A stretch of 46,045 bases of DNA. Origin: a virus. Its lineage: Duplodnaviria > Caudoviricetes. The stretch lies in the IMG/VR virus record IMGVR_UViG_3300037467_000747, positions 1 to 46,045 of that record; one strand, given 5' to 3'. The notes beneath the pieces are model-generated. The model worked only from the letters and a program-made list of their open reading frames with translations, did not search any database and was not told the origin of the DNA. The stretch's first letter is position 1. Each line of letters opens with the position of its first letter. Made by a program: the position numbers and the translations under genes. Positions 1 through 7,897 of the stretch are shown here, piece by piece.

Positions 1-32
1 GTCCCCAGGCGTGGTGACTTTGCGTCGTGACC
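1..32 (+). repeat. Terminal 32-bp direct repeat (assembly circularisation overlap), left copy
   Basis: gtccccaggcgtggtgactttgcgtcgtgacc is identical to 46014-46045. Confidence 0.95.
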
Positions 33-48
33 CCACCCCCGGGGTCGG

Positions 49-309
49 TCACCACTCGCGTGAGTCGTCCGTGTCTCCTGCTCGTTGACCGTTGCCTCGT
101 GACCTGTTGCAGCTCGCGTGGGTGATGCGATCGCCGGTCGAGTTGGGGTTGAGACTCAACGGATCCTTGTGGTCTAGGTCCAGGTCGTCGGCCTTGGTCA
201 TGACCACGCCGCAGAGTGGACACGGTCGACCGTAGGCTGAGGGGAGGAGGAGTTCGCGCCGTCTCCTGTGGTCGACGCCGTAGCCTCGTTCTGTGCTTGA
301 GCCTGTCAC
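49..309 (-). CDS. HNH endonuclease (packaging-associated, HK97 gp74-like position)
   Basis: CPLCG...DLDH...RITHASCNRSRG motif; immediately upstream of terS across the circular junction. Confidence 0.85.
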   Translation of the reverse strand: MTGSSTERGYGVDHRRRRELLLPSAYGRPCPLCGVVMTKADDLDLDHKDPLSLNPNSTGDRITHASCNRSRGNGQRAGDTDDSREW

Positions 310-494
310 TTGCCCTGCACCTTGTCGCTGCCATGTTCGGCGCAGTAGGCGACCGTACGCAGGGTGGATACCCCGCGGCTGGTGGCCATGTAGAGCGGGA
401 CCTCGATGCGGCTCGGAAGCGCGCAGCGGTCACACCACAGCCCAGTCGCCGGCTCGCCTGGGATCAGCGTGATCGTGACAGTTCGTTCAGCCAT
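306..494 (-). CDS. Hypothetical Zn-binding protein
   Basis: MAERTV... start at 494 with GAGGGTGGTGA SD; CxxC and CxxH motifs; overlaps HNH start. Confidence 0.6.
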   Translation of the reverse strand: MAERTVTITLIPGEPATGLWCDRCALPSRIEVPLYMATSRGVSTLRTVAYCAEHGSDKVQGK

Positions 495-554
495 CGTGCG
501 ATCACCACCCTCAGCCGGATCCACAGGTTGGGTCGTGGTCGCACATGGCGGCCC

Positions 555-812
555 TTCAATCCACACCCCCAGTGTGGTTACAGGTGGAGGCCGGGGGCTG
601 CGGTGTGCACACCTCGCGACTAGCGCATCAGCCCCCCGCCGGAAGGTGCCTACACCGGACAGCCGGTTCAGCGCCTGCTTGCCGCCGATAGGCCCGGCTA
701 CTCAGGTGGGGTAGCCGGGCCTTCGGGTGTCCAGCAAGACCGCCAGACAGGGGAGGCTGACGGTCCTGGGCTGCACCTAGTGCAGCTACACACCCCGAGC
801 GGATGGGGTGCG
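555..812 (-). ncRNA. Candidate structured non-coding RNA or leader (tandem hairpins)
   Basis: No convincing ORF; about 6-7 adjacent inverted repeats, e.g. 691-701/711-721 perfect 11-bp stem. Confidence 0.35.
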
Positions 813-816
813 GAGA

Positions 817-1245
817 TCAGGTGGTGAGGCTGCGAGCGTACTCCAGTAGCTCATCCTCAGCGCGGAACCACTCGCCGTTCTCACGCAGGTGGGCGAAAGC
901 AGCATGTGCCCGCTTCTCGTCGATGGGCTCAGCCGGAACGATGGCCAGCACCTCATCGACTGGGTGCTGTTGAATGCGGACCTTGGGCTGGATCGAATAG
1001 CCGATCTTCACCCGGTCCCTGTAGCGAACGAAGTAGACCCAGCCTGTGCGAGGGTCTGGCTTGGGCTCTACCGACTGCATCGCGTCACCTAAGGCTTCGA
1101 TGTCCTGCCGAACGTAGACATAGACCTCAAGCCGATGTGGCATGCAGAGCGGGAAGCCGCTAGTGCTCGCTTCGCAGGTGGGCCAGCAGCAGTTGTAGCC
1201 ATCGGCTGGACGTGATCCTCTGCCAGCGCCGATATACTTCGGCAT
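817..1245 (-). CDS. T5orf172/MUG113-like GIY-YIG family protein
   Basis: GWVYFVR...VKIGYS...R...E...H..F...R..GEWF signature; start MPKY at 1245 after AGGAG. Confidence 0.8.
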   Translation of the reverse strand: MPKYIGAGRGSRPADGYNCCWPTCEASTSGFPLCMPHRLEVYVYVRQDIEALGDAMQSVEPKPDPRTGWVYFVRYRDRVKIGYSIQPKVRIQQHPVDEVLAIVPAEPIDEKRAHAAFAHLRENGEWFRAEDELLEYARSLTT

Positions 1246-1338
1246 GTCGATCTCCTGAGAAGGTCGGCCGCGCTCCCGGATGGTGCCAGCCATCGCGGGA
1301 GCATCTGATTTTGGGGTCGCCAAACTAGAAGCATTTGA

Positions 1339-1367
1339 ATCGTGACACAGGTAGGCGCGCTACTCAA
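1339..1367 (-). promoter_or_regulatory. Putative sigma70-type (late) promoter TTGAGT-17 bp-CACGAT
   Basis: Spacing exactly 17 bp; intergenic; oriented toward HNH/terminase. Confidence 0.45.
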
Positions 1368-1378
1368 GCGACACGCTG

Positions 1379-1501
1379 TCAGCGTGGGTAGTTGATCCAG
1401 ACGATGAGCAGGATCAGGCCAACGCCAGTGAGCATGATGGCGAGGAGTTGCCCGCAGCCTGACCACCATGGGTCTTGTTGTCCGACGATCTTGTGACCCA
1501 T
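1379..1501 (-). CDS. 40-aa single-TM membrane protein (not in ORF track)
   Basis: MGHKIVGQQDPWWSGCGQLLAIMLTGVGLILLIVWINYPR; TGATG coupling to upstream gene. Confidence 0.6.
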   Translation of the reverse strand: MGHKIVGQQDPWWSGCGQLLAIMLTGVGLILLIVWINYPR

Positions 1502-2355
1502 CATCCTGCTTTCGGTCGTGATTCTTGCGCAAGTAGGTCGGACACGTCACTGACTCGGTAGGTGGGCATCCAGCGTCCCCTGACCAGGGTGGAACCGACA
1601 GCGGCGATACGATCCCGCTGGGCCCACTTTCGGACCCTTGCCGCGGTGAGCGGGGTGTGGCCGATGTCGGTGAACGCGATCTCGATCTCCGCGGCGGTGA
1701 GACACCGGTCGTGCAGCGCGGTCATCAACCCTGCGCGGCGCTGCGCGGCGTCGTCGTACTCCATCTCGCAGTGGCGGCATTTCGCGGTCAACGCACCCGG
1801 CCGGCGGTACAGCATCTCGGGGCAGGAGTCGCAGGGGCCGATGCATTCTCGGTCTTGGGGGCGGTCGATCATCCTCCGCAGCTGTTCGGCCAGGTCGGTG
1901 AGTTCATCCAAGATGTCGGGTGCCCAGTGCTGGGTTCTGATCCAGTCGACGTGCCCCAACAGGTAGCGGCACACGGATGGGACGTCGTCTCGGGGTGGGC
2001 GTGACCGTCGGGTCTGATTGCAGGACAGGTGCAGGCAGGCATCGTGGGTTGGGCCTGTGATGACTGCGCGTTCGTCGAGGACTGCACGCCCCCAGGGGCC
2101 GATGGTGTTGCGGGTGAGGTCCTGAAGGCGGGTTCCGTCTCCGTCCCAGTCGAGGAACCTGGCGTCGACAGGTAGGGGTTTCTCGCCGCCTCTGCCGCCC
2201 TGTGCGGTGCTGTAGCGGGTTTGGCGGGCCTTCACGTTGTCGAGGTCCACCCAGTAGCTGGAAATGTCCCCAAGGGCCACCTGGAGCTTACGGGAGCAGT
2301 TGGAGCACACCAGTGCGTCCTTCACGGCGGAACCACATGGGCAGATCTGGGTCAT
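1501..2355 (-). CDS. Zn-finger + C-terminal HTH protein, putative late-gene regulator
   Basis: Several CxxC pairs; C-terminal LT...VRKWAQR.RI...YRV.DV winged-HTH-like segment; last large early gene before the late promoter. Confidence 0.6.
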   Translation of the reverse strand: MTQICPCGSAVKDALVCSNCSRKLQVALGDISSYWVDLDNVKARQTRYSTAQGGRGGEKPLPVDARFLDWDGDGTRLQDLTRNTIGPWGRAVLDERAVITGPTHDACLHLSCNQTRRSRPPRDDVPSVCRYLLGHVDWIRTQHWAPDILDELTDLAEQLRRMIDRPQDRECIGPCDSCPEMLYRRPGALTAKCRHCEMEYDDAAQRRAGLMTALHDRCLTAAEIEIAFTDIGHTPLTAARVRKWAQRDRIAAVGSTLVRGRWMPTYRVSDVSDLLAQESRPKAG

Positions 2356-2801
2356 GTGTCCTCCCCTGAATGTTCGTCAGAGACAGCACCGAGCGCTTCC
2401 TGGAGCATGGTGTACGTGTCCCAGTCGATCGTGACGTCGACGTACTCGCGTGGCTCGTCATCCCATCGATCGATGCCCATCGCGCGCGCGACCTCTTCCA
2501 GCGCTTCCTTGCGGCCGATCTCGCGTCCCAAGCGTGTAGCGGTTTCGGTGAGTACCTTCACCTCAGCAGCGGTGTATGTAGCGGCTTCGAGGCGCTTCTC
2601 GTGGCGTGCTACCAGACCAGCCTCCCTGGCCTCACGGAAGGCAGCGCGAGGGTCTTCCTGCTCGCGGTCAGACGGCGGATTGCCACCACCGGACTCGACC
2701 TTGGCCGCAGCCTCGCGCAACTGGTCCATCTGAGCCTTGGCCTTGCGCGCTGCTTCTCGCGCATCCACGCCGTTGGCGCGGAAGGCGTCACGGTCACTCA
2801 C
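2352..2801 (-). CDS. Hypothetical protein
   Basis: GTG start overlapping upstream stop; coupled chain. Confidence 0.6.
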   Translation of the reverse strand: MSDRDAFRANGVDAREAARKAKAQMDQLREAAAKVESGGGNPPSDREQEDPRAAFREAREAGLVARHEKRLEAATYTAAEVKVLTETATRLGREIGRKEALEEVARAMGIDRWDDEPREYVDVTIDWDTYTMLQEALGAVSDEHSGEDT

Positions 2802-3100
2802 GAGGCACCTACGCTGAGGTTCAAGTGCGCCAGCAAGCACGCACAGCCGTCCGTTGTGGCCATGCCCTCGGCGTCGTACTGCCAGCCGAGTTCGCAGCCG
2901 TACTCCTTGGAATGCGCCGTCCAGGGATGTCCGCAGTCCTTGCAGGCTTCCTCGTCGCCCGTCTCGTACAGCGGCGCCCAGACGTGAACAGGTGGCTTGC
3001 TGCGGTGGGTTCGGCTCTCGTGTCCAGCAGGCAGGACGCAGGTCGGTCGCGGGGTCGGGATATCCGGCATCACGTCGCCACACAGGCTCTCGTCAGCCAT
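2798..3100 (-). CDS. Hypothetical Cys/His-rich protein
   Basis: MADESLC start after AGGAG; CVLPAGH...H and CKDCGH motifs. Confidence 0.6.
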   Translation of the reverse strand: MADESLCGDVMPDIPTPRPTCVLPAGHESRTHRSKPPVHVWAPLYETGDEEACKDCGHPWTAHSKEYGCELGWQYDAEGMATTDGCACLLAHLNLSVGAS

Positions 3101-3338
3101 TGGTTGTCTCCTGTTCGGCAGGCTCGATCTCGTCGGAATGCGCGATGAACCAAAGTGGCGCAAAGCTTCCAGGCTCAGTTGGCGACGGGTTCTCATCCAG
3201 GCTGTAGAAGTCGCCGGACTGCCCGATCCAGCCGACCTGCCGCAGGGTTATCGACCAGCGGCGGCCGTCGCTGCGCTTCTCGGTGACGACTCGCTCGGGA
3301 CCTTCAGCGTGCATCGGTCGGTTCGGACGATCGCTCAC
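3093..3338 (-). CDS. Hypothetical protein
   Basis: GTG start after AGGAG; coupled. Confidence 0.6.
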   Translation of the reverse strand: MSDRPNRPMHAEGPERVVTEKRSDGRRWSITLRQVGWIGQSGDFYSLDENPSPTEPGSFAPLWFIAHSDEIEPAEQETTNG

Positions 3339-3556
3339 TTGGTTGTCTCCTGTTCGGTGTAGGGGGTGGCGGCGGCGTCGAGTTCGGCTTTGTCGACTGG
3401 TGTGCCGTCTGACCAGTGCCATGGATCACCGGGGCCATGGACGGGCGCGAGAGCGCCATGCTCAGGACAGCCAGGGCAGGTGTCGTCGTCGTACGCGTGG
3501 TCGTCGATATGTGTTGGGCAGCAGCAGCGAGGCTGGTGGTTGTGCTCGGCGCTCAT
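3335..3556 (-). CDS. Hypothetical Cys-rich protein
   Basis: ATG after GAGGAG; CCCP...CPGCPEH. Confidence 0.55.
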   Translation of the reverse strand: MSAEHNHQPRCCCPTHIDDHAYDDDTCPGCPEHGALAPVHGPGDPWHWSDGTPVDKAELDAAATPYTEQETTK

Positions 3557-3586
3557 TCGGACTCCTCGGTGTAGGGGCCTGCGTAG

Positions 3587-4804
3587 TCAGCGGGCATGGT
3601 CGAACTCCCTCTGTGTGCGTTGCCAGTCCTCGTCGCTTGCTCTCGGGTCGATCGGGGTCCACGGCCACAACCCGCCTCGCTTGATGCGTAGCGGCCAGTT
3701 GCGTTCGTCGCGGTCGCCGCGCCACGCGACCATGTCCACGTCACCGACCTCGTTCCAGCGGAGGCCGTAACCGAACTCAGGCCACCCCATGAGGGCCGCG
3801 GAACCACGGGGGCGCATCTTGCGGCCGTCGTTGCCTTCGGCGTGGCCAGCGTGCGCCTCCATCACCAGCGTGATCCCGCGCGCCCTCAGTGAGTCCAGGG
3901 CGGCAATCACCGGGGCTACATGGTCGTCGGTCTGCAGGGCGCGGGGAGCCATCTTGTACAGCGGCCCGATCACCAACAGGTCGGGCTGTGTCGCATCCAG
4001 GACCCGGTTCACCCACGACAGGTCCTTGTCCTTCACGATGTCGATCCCGCCCGGCCGGCAGTCGATCGCCACCCGATCCGACGGGTCCTTGCCCTGAGTC
4101 TTGGCCTGGAGCCACATGCCGCGGAGTTGGCGCTTCACGTGCCGCTCCGTGTTCTCCAGGTCGATGATGTGCGACCGGATCGGCTCCATCGGCTCCTTCG
4201 TGAACGGGTGGATCCCTGCGGCGCCCATGAGTGCGAGCTGGCGGAGGAACACCGACTTGCCCAGGCCCTCTTCGCCGGTGATGACGAGGCGGTCCATCCG
4301 CTCCAGCAGTTGCGGAATCACCCAGTCATATGGGTCGTCCGGTCGCGCCATGAGCTCGCCGAGGGTCTGGGTCTCGATGTCCGGTGCGCCCAGGTCGCGG
4401 ATCCTCGTCAAGGCATTGACGGTCTCTGACACCAGTGACTGAGGGTCGAGCTCCAGGTCTTCGGCGCGCTGCCGCATCCGGATCGCCTGCGCGATCACCT
4501 CCCGCCGGCGAGCGAACCCGTGCACCGTGGACGCGTGGTGTTCCACCGTGTCCGGGATCGCGGGGTTGGTGACGATCGCCAGATGCACGCTCATCAGCCG
4601 CTTGCTACCGTTCAGGGCTGTTTGGACGGTCAGTGCATCCGTGGGTCTACCCTCGGCCCGCAGGTCCCGCAGAACGCCCCACAGCCTCTGGTGATCGAGG
4701 TTCGCGAAGTCGGCTGAGGTCAGGATCGCTGCCGCGCGCTCCAACGCCAGCGAGGACTGGTAGCAGCAGGACAAGACCGACTGCTCAGCGAGGTCGTCGT
4801 TCAC
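3587..4804 (-). CDS. DnaB-like/AAA_25 replicative helicase
   Basis: N-terminal AEQSVL DnaB_N-like domain; Walker A GEEGLGKS; PRGSAALMGW motif. Confidence 0.85.
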   Translation of the reverse strand: MNDDLAEQSVLSCCYQSSLALERAAAILTSADFANLDHQRLWGVLRDLRAEGRPTDALTVQTALNGSKRLMSVHLAIVTNPAIPDTVEHHASTVHGFARRREVIAQAIRMRQRAEDLELDPQSLVSETVNALTRIRDLGAPDIETQTLGELMARPDDPYDWVIPQLLERMDRLVITGEEGLGKSVFLRQLALMGAAGIHPFTKEPMEPIRSHIIDLENTERHVKRQLRGMWLQAKTQGKDPSDRVAIDCRPGGIDIVKDKDLSWVNRVLDATQPDLLVIGPLYKMAPRALQTDDHVAPVIAALDSLRARGITLVMEAHAGHAEGNDGRKMRPRGSAALMGWPEFGYGLRWNEVGDVDMVAWRGDRDERNWPLRIKRGGLWPWTPIDPRASDEDWQRTQREFDHAR

Positions 4805-6060
4805 GCCGCACCACCATCCTCGAGCAGGTCGAGCATCGAGATCTGGCCCTCGACCTGCTTAATGGGCTTGTCGACGCGCATCGCCTTGGCGATCTGGTCG
4901 GGGTCGTTGGTGCGCCAGGTGGCGAGCCGGCAGTAGTCGGCGGACATGTCGACGCTGATCCCGTGCCGGCCAAGCGCTTTCGCGACCAGTGCTGTAGTGC
5001 CTGTCCCTCCGAACGGGTCGAGAATGACACCGGGCATGGTGGGTGCGGTCGGTTCCGGGCAGGCGCAGGCATAGCCGGTGATGGTCCGATCGCGTAGGTG
5101 CGCTGACGTTCCGAGACTCGACCCGCCTAACCCGTTCGTGCCGTCGCGCTCGCGGCCCTGACGCTCACGCCATGCGAGGTCTAGCGCGGGACGCTGCGCG
5201 ACAGCCACTGGTCGTCGTCCTTCTCCGCACGCCGTACACACACCAGCCGGCGACCAGCCCTGAATGATCCGCCGCGGCCACTCAATCGGGAACGCGGCGA
5301 AGTGGTCGACGCCCAGCGACTCGGGCACCTTGAGGGGTTCGGTCGGGATCTCCCACACCGACCCAGGCAGCTTCCCGAGCGGGTTGACAGTGGATGTGTT
5401 GCCTCCGCCTGGTGACCCGTCGGGGTTGACAGAACGGCGCCCGCCGCGCAGGTGGCGAGTATCGAGCGGATAGAGAGCCGGTTCGCGGATCTCGTCGACG
5501 GCGCTGTAGTACCGCGGGTTCAGGGTGAAGTGAAACCACTGCTCGTGGCTGCGGCGTACCCGGTCGGTGACGCTTTCCGGCAAGCCGTTCGGCTTCGACC
5601 AGATCACCTCGGCGCGCAGGATCAGCCCGAGCTCGTCGATGCAGCGGATCGCGTACCGCCACGGAATGCCGAGCAGAGACTTAGGCTGCATGCCGGCCAC
5701 GCGGCCAGACGGCAGCTGCGACCGCTCCTGCTTCAGTCGGCCGGGCGCGTTGCCGTACCTGATGTTGAACCCGGTGTTCCTGTCGCCACTGGTCCCGCTC
5801 GAATACTTGTCGCCGAGATTGACCCACAGCGACCCGGACGGTTTCAGCACCCGCATGCATTCGTGGGTGACATCGAGCAGCGAGTCAACGAACGCGGCCG
5901 GGGTGGGTTCGTCGCCGATCTGGCCGGCGTAATGCTCCCCGCCGTCCTGGTACGAGCGCAGCGCGAAGTACGGCGGGGACGTGACGACGAGATCCACCGA
6001 GTCGTCAGCGAGCGGCAAGGAGCTGGAGTTGGCGCGGAGGATGTGCGCTGAGCCGGTCAC
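4801..6060 (-). CDS. DNA methyltransferase (N4-C/N6-A, beta class, SPPY)
   Basis: VVTSPPY, HFAAFP and ILDPFGGTGTT motifs. Confidence 0.9.
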   Translation of the reverse strand: MTGSAHILRANSSSLPLADDSVDLVVTSPPYFALRSYQDGGEHYAGQIGDEPTPAAFVDSLLDVTHECMRVLKPSGSLWVNLGDKYSSGTSGDRNTGFNIRYGNAPGRLKQERSQLPSGRVAGMQPKSLLGIPWRYAIRCIDELGLILRAEVIWSKPNGLPESVTDRVRRSHEQWFHFTLNPRYYSAVDEIREPALYPLDTRHLRGGRRSVNPDGSPGGGNTSTVNPLGKLPGSVWEIPTEPLKVPESLGVDHFAAFPIEWPRRIIQGWSPAGVCTACGEGRRPVAVAQRPALDLAWRERQGRERDGTNGLGGSSLGTSAHLRDRTITGYACACPEPTAPTMPGVILDPFGGTGTTALVAKALGRHGISVDMSADYCRLATWRTNDPDQIAKAMRVDKPIKQVEGQISMLDLLEDGGAA

Positions 6061-6797
6061 TGGAACCTCGCCCGCACATCGTCAGGGGCGTACCCATTCC
6101 GCCGCACAGGGGCAGCGGCGGAAGATCCACCACGGAACGTCTTCGCCTGGTTCAACCAGGTCCGGAAGGCAGCGTCCCAGTTCTTGTACGTCGTCCCCTT
6201 CGCCTCGTTGCGGTCCTTGAACGCCCTGAGTTCGTAAGCAGGGTCTAAGCCGTACTCGCGAGCGATCTCCAGATGAGTCTCATTCGGCTTCCAGTCGTCC
6301 GGCAGCTGGGTGGCGCGTTTCGCGCCTGTTCTTTGAGTACCTTTAGGTACTTCGGGTCGGGTCGGGTCGGGTCGGGTCGGGGAAGCTGAACCGACAGCGT
6401 CCGTCCCAATATCCGTCCCAGGTAGTGTCCCGTCGTCTGTCCCGGTGGGACGAACAACGGGACTACCAGCGTTCGTCCTGGCTTCGCGCCATGCTTGCTT
6501 GCGTTTCCTGGCCTTCTCGCGCTCCTCCTCGACAGACTCACGAGACGGCTGGAAGTCATGCCAGTTCCGGAAGTCGTAGCCTGCCTCACTGTTGATCCAC
6601 AGACCGGCCTCAACGAGGCGCTCGGCGTCCTCCGTAGTTCCACCGAGAGCCGCGAGAACATCGGCCGGCACGTGGCCATCAGTCAGCTGCTGAGCGCTCC
6701 ATGAACCAGCGCGCACCCACAGGCCGACCGCGAGGTTACCTGCACGGATCGTCTTGCGGTGGAAGGCGAACCCGTCGTCTACCTTGAACCAGGGAAT
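6057..6797 (-). CDS. Phage replication initiator (RepA/O-like), probable ATT start
   Basis: Frame extends upstream of the tracked ORF to ATT-CCC-TGG-TTC-AAG-GTA-GAC-GAC = (M)PWFKVDD; GLWVRAGSWS...TDG, HDFQP, PTRPDPTRP and LPDDWKP...WDAAFRTW motifs typical of actinophage initiators. Confidence 0.8.
   Translation of the reverse strand: MPWFKVDDGFAFHRKTIRAGNLAVGLWVRAGSWSAQQLTDGHVPADVLAALGGTTEDAERLVEAGLWINSEAGYDFRNWHDFQPSRESVEEEREKARKRKQAWREARTNAGSPVVRPTGTDDGTLPGTDIGTDAVGSASPTRPDPTRPEVPKGTQRTGAKRATQLPDDWKPNETHLEIAREYGLDPAYELRAFKDRNEAKGTTYKNWDAAFRTWLNQAKTFRGGSSAAAPVRRNGYAPDDVRARFQ
6337..6463. repeat. Putative replication origin within initiator gene: palindrome, (GGGTC)n tract and 12-bp-periodic iterons
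   Basis: GTCCC at 6403, 6415, 6427, 6439; inverted GGGAC at 6447, 6459; AGTACCT-tt-AGGTACT palindrome near 6337-6352. Confidence 0.6.
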
Positions 6798-6983
6798 CTA
6801 ACTCACCTCCTCGTCTGGCGGCGACGGCCGCGGTGGGAACTGCAGGACTGTCGCTGGTCTGGTCGGGACAGCGGTGACACCCCGACGCAGCAGGTAGGCA
6901 CGCTTGGCTCGCTGCAGCGCACGTGCGCGCTCATACAGCCGGCGGCCAGGGTTGACCATGGGGGACGAAGGGTCAACGGTCAT
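6798..6983 (-). CDS. Hypothetical protein
   Basis: ATG after AGGAGG; its TAG abuts the initiator ATT. Confidence 0.6.
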   Translation of the reverse strand: MTVDPSSPMVNPGRRLYERARALQRAKRAYLLRRGVTAVPTRPATVLQFPPRPSPPDEEVS

Positions 6984-7351
6984 GCGACCTCCTGGACGTA
7001 CGGACGCCGGCCACCATCGGCGTCGAGCAGCCACCAACCGTCGACCATGTCCACGGGGATCTCAGCGGGGTCGAGATGCCGCGACACGATCCAGCCGTGA
7101 TTCCGAGCCCACTCCGGATTGCCGTGGACCTTCCCATGATCGAGGTCCTTATTGCCGCGTCCGCATAGGGTGACGAGGTTCGATGGGGACTCGAGCAGCG
7201 CCGACCCACCCATCCCCTTGGCGATCCGGTGGTGTTGGGCGCCGTTGCCGTCGGTGATGTGGATGCCGCACATGCAGCACCTGTCCTGGTCGCGTTCCCG
7301 GACGATCCTTCTAGCGGCCTCCTGGACCGCCCTAGTCGCCTTCGGGGACAT
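6980..7351 (-). CDS. HNH endonuclease
   Basis: RDQDRCCMCG...HHR...GMGG...NLVTLCG...H..VH motif. Confidence 0.8.
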   Translation of the reverse strand: MSPKATRAVQEAARRIVRERDQDRCCMCGIHITDGNGAQHHRIAKGMGGSALLESPSNLVTLCGRGNKDLDHGKVHGNPEWARNHGWIVSRHLDPAEIPVDMVDGWWLLDADGGRRPYVQEVA

Positions 7352-7731
7352 CAGGACACCCCCGACATGTTGTAGGCCACCGAGACAGAGCGCAGCAGAG
7401 CCATGGCCACCATGGCTTGGTCCCTGACGGTGCGGTGGTGGTCTTGGGCTGCCTCGCGGGCAGCGGTGGCGATGTCGTACGTGCGGCCTTCTTCGGCGCA
7501 CTTGTCTTCGATCCACTGCTTGCGCATGTCGACCGTGGCGCCGCCGCGCTCCACTCGCGGGCATTCCTTGTCGAACCCGGCTCGGCGGCGTGCGGCCTCG
7601 TAGGCATGCTTCGCTGCTACCTCGGTGTCTCGGGCGCGACGTAGCGCGAGCTCGGCCTGTGTCATCGCGGTGTCGAGAGCGACAAGGCGGCGCTCGGCAG
7701 CAACAGGGGTGAGGGCGTGGTCCTCAGTCAT
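7351..7731 (-). CDS. Hypothetical coiled-coil protein
   Basis: ORF with GGGGAGGA SD; coupled. Confidence 0.65.
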   Translation of the reverse strand: MTEDHALTPVAAERRLVALDTAMTQAELALRRARDTEVAAKHAYEAARRRAGFDKECPRVERGGATVDMRKQWIEDKCAEEGRTYDIATAAREAAQDHHRTVRDQAMVAMALLRSVSVAYNMSGVS

Positions 7732-7897
7732 GGGTCTCGTCCTCCCCTAATACGTGGTGGTACAGGGGTTCCGAGGGGGCCTCGTGCGGGTGGGGCTCAG
7801 GGTCGGGGGTGCTCAGAGCTGAGCGTGTGGTGCATTGGTGACGTGGCCCGAACACGATGTCGTCGGCTTGGTCGTAACACCCACAACGGAGGATCAT
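7724..7897 (-). CDS. Small hypothetical protein (57 aa)
   Basis: ATGA overlap with methylase stop; fills the gap. Confidence 0.4.
   Translation of the reverse strand: MILRCGCYDQADDIVFGPRHQCTTRSALSTPDPEPHPHEAPSEPLYHHVLGEDETHD

Noticed and set aside
1-32. Terminal repeat as biological DTR or att duplication
   Set aside because: A short exact end overlap is typical of assembler circularisation; attP-like features lie next to int instead
3553-3597. 14-aa mini-ORF MPADYAGPYTEESE after helicase
   Set aside because: May only be a coupling bridge or chance; no independent support
6354-6380. (GGGTC)n tract as a CRISPR or contingency locus
   Set aside because: No spacers; encodes the PTRPDPTRP linker usual in this initiator family
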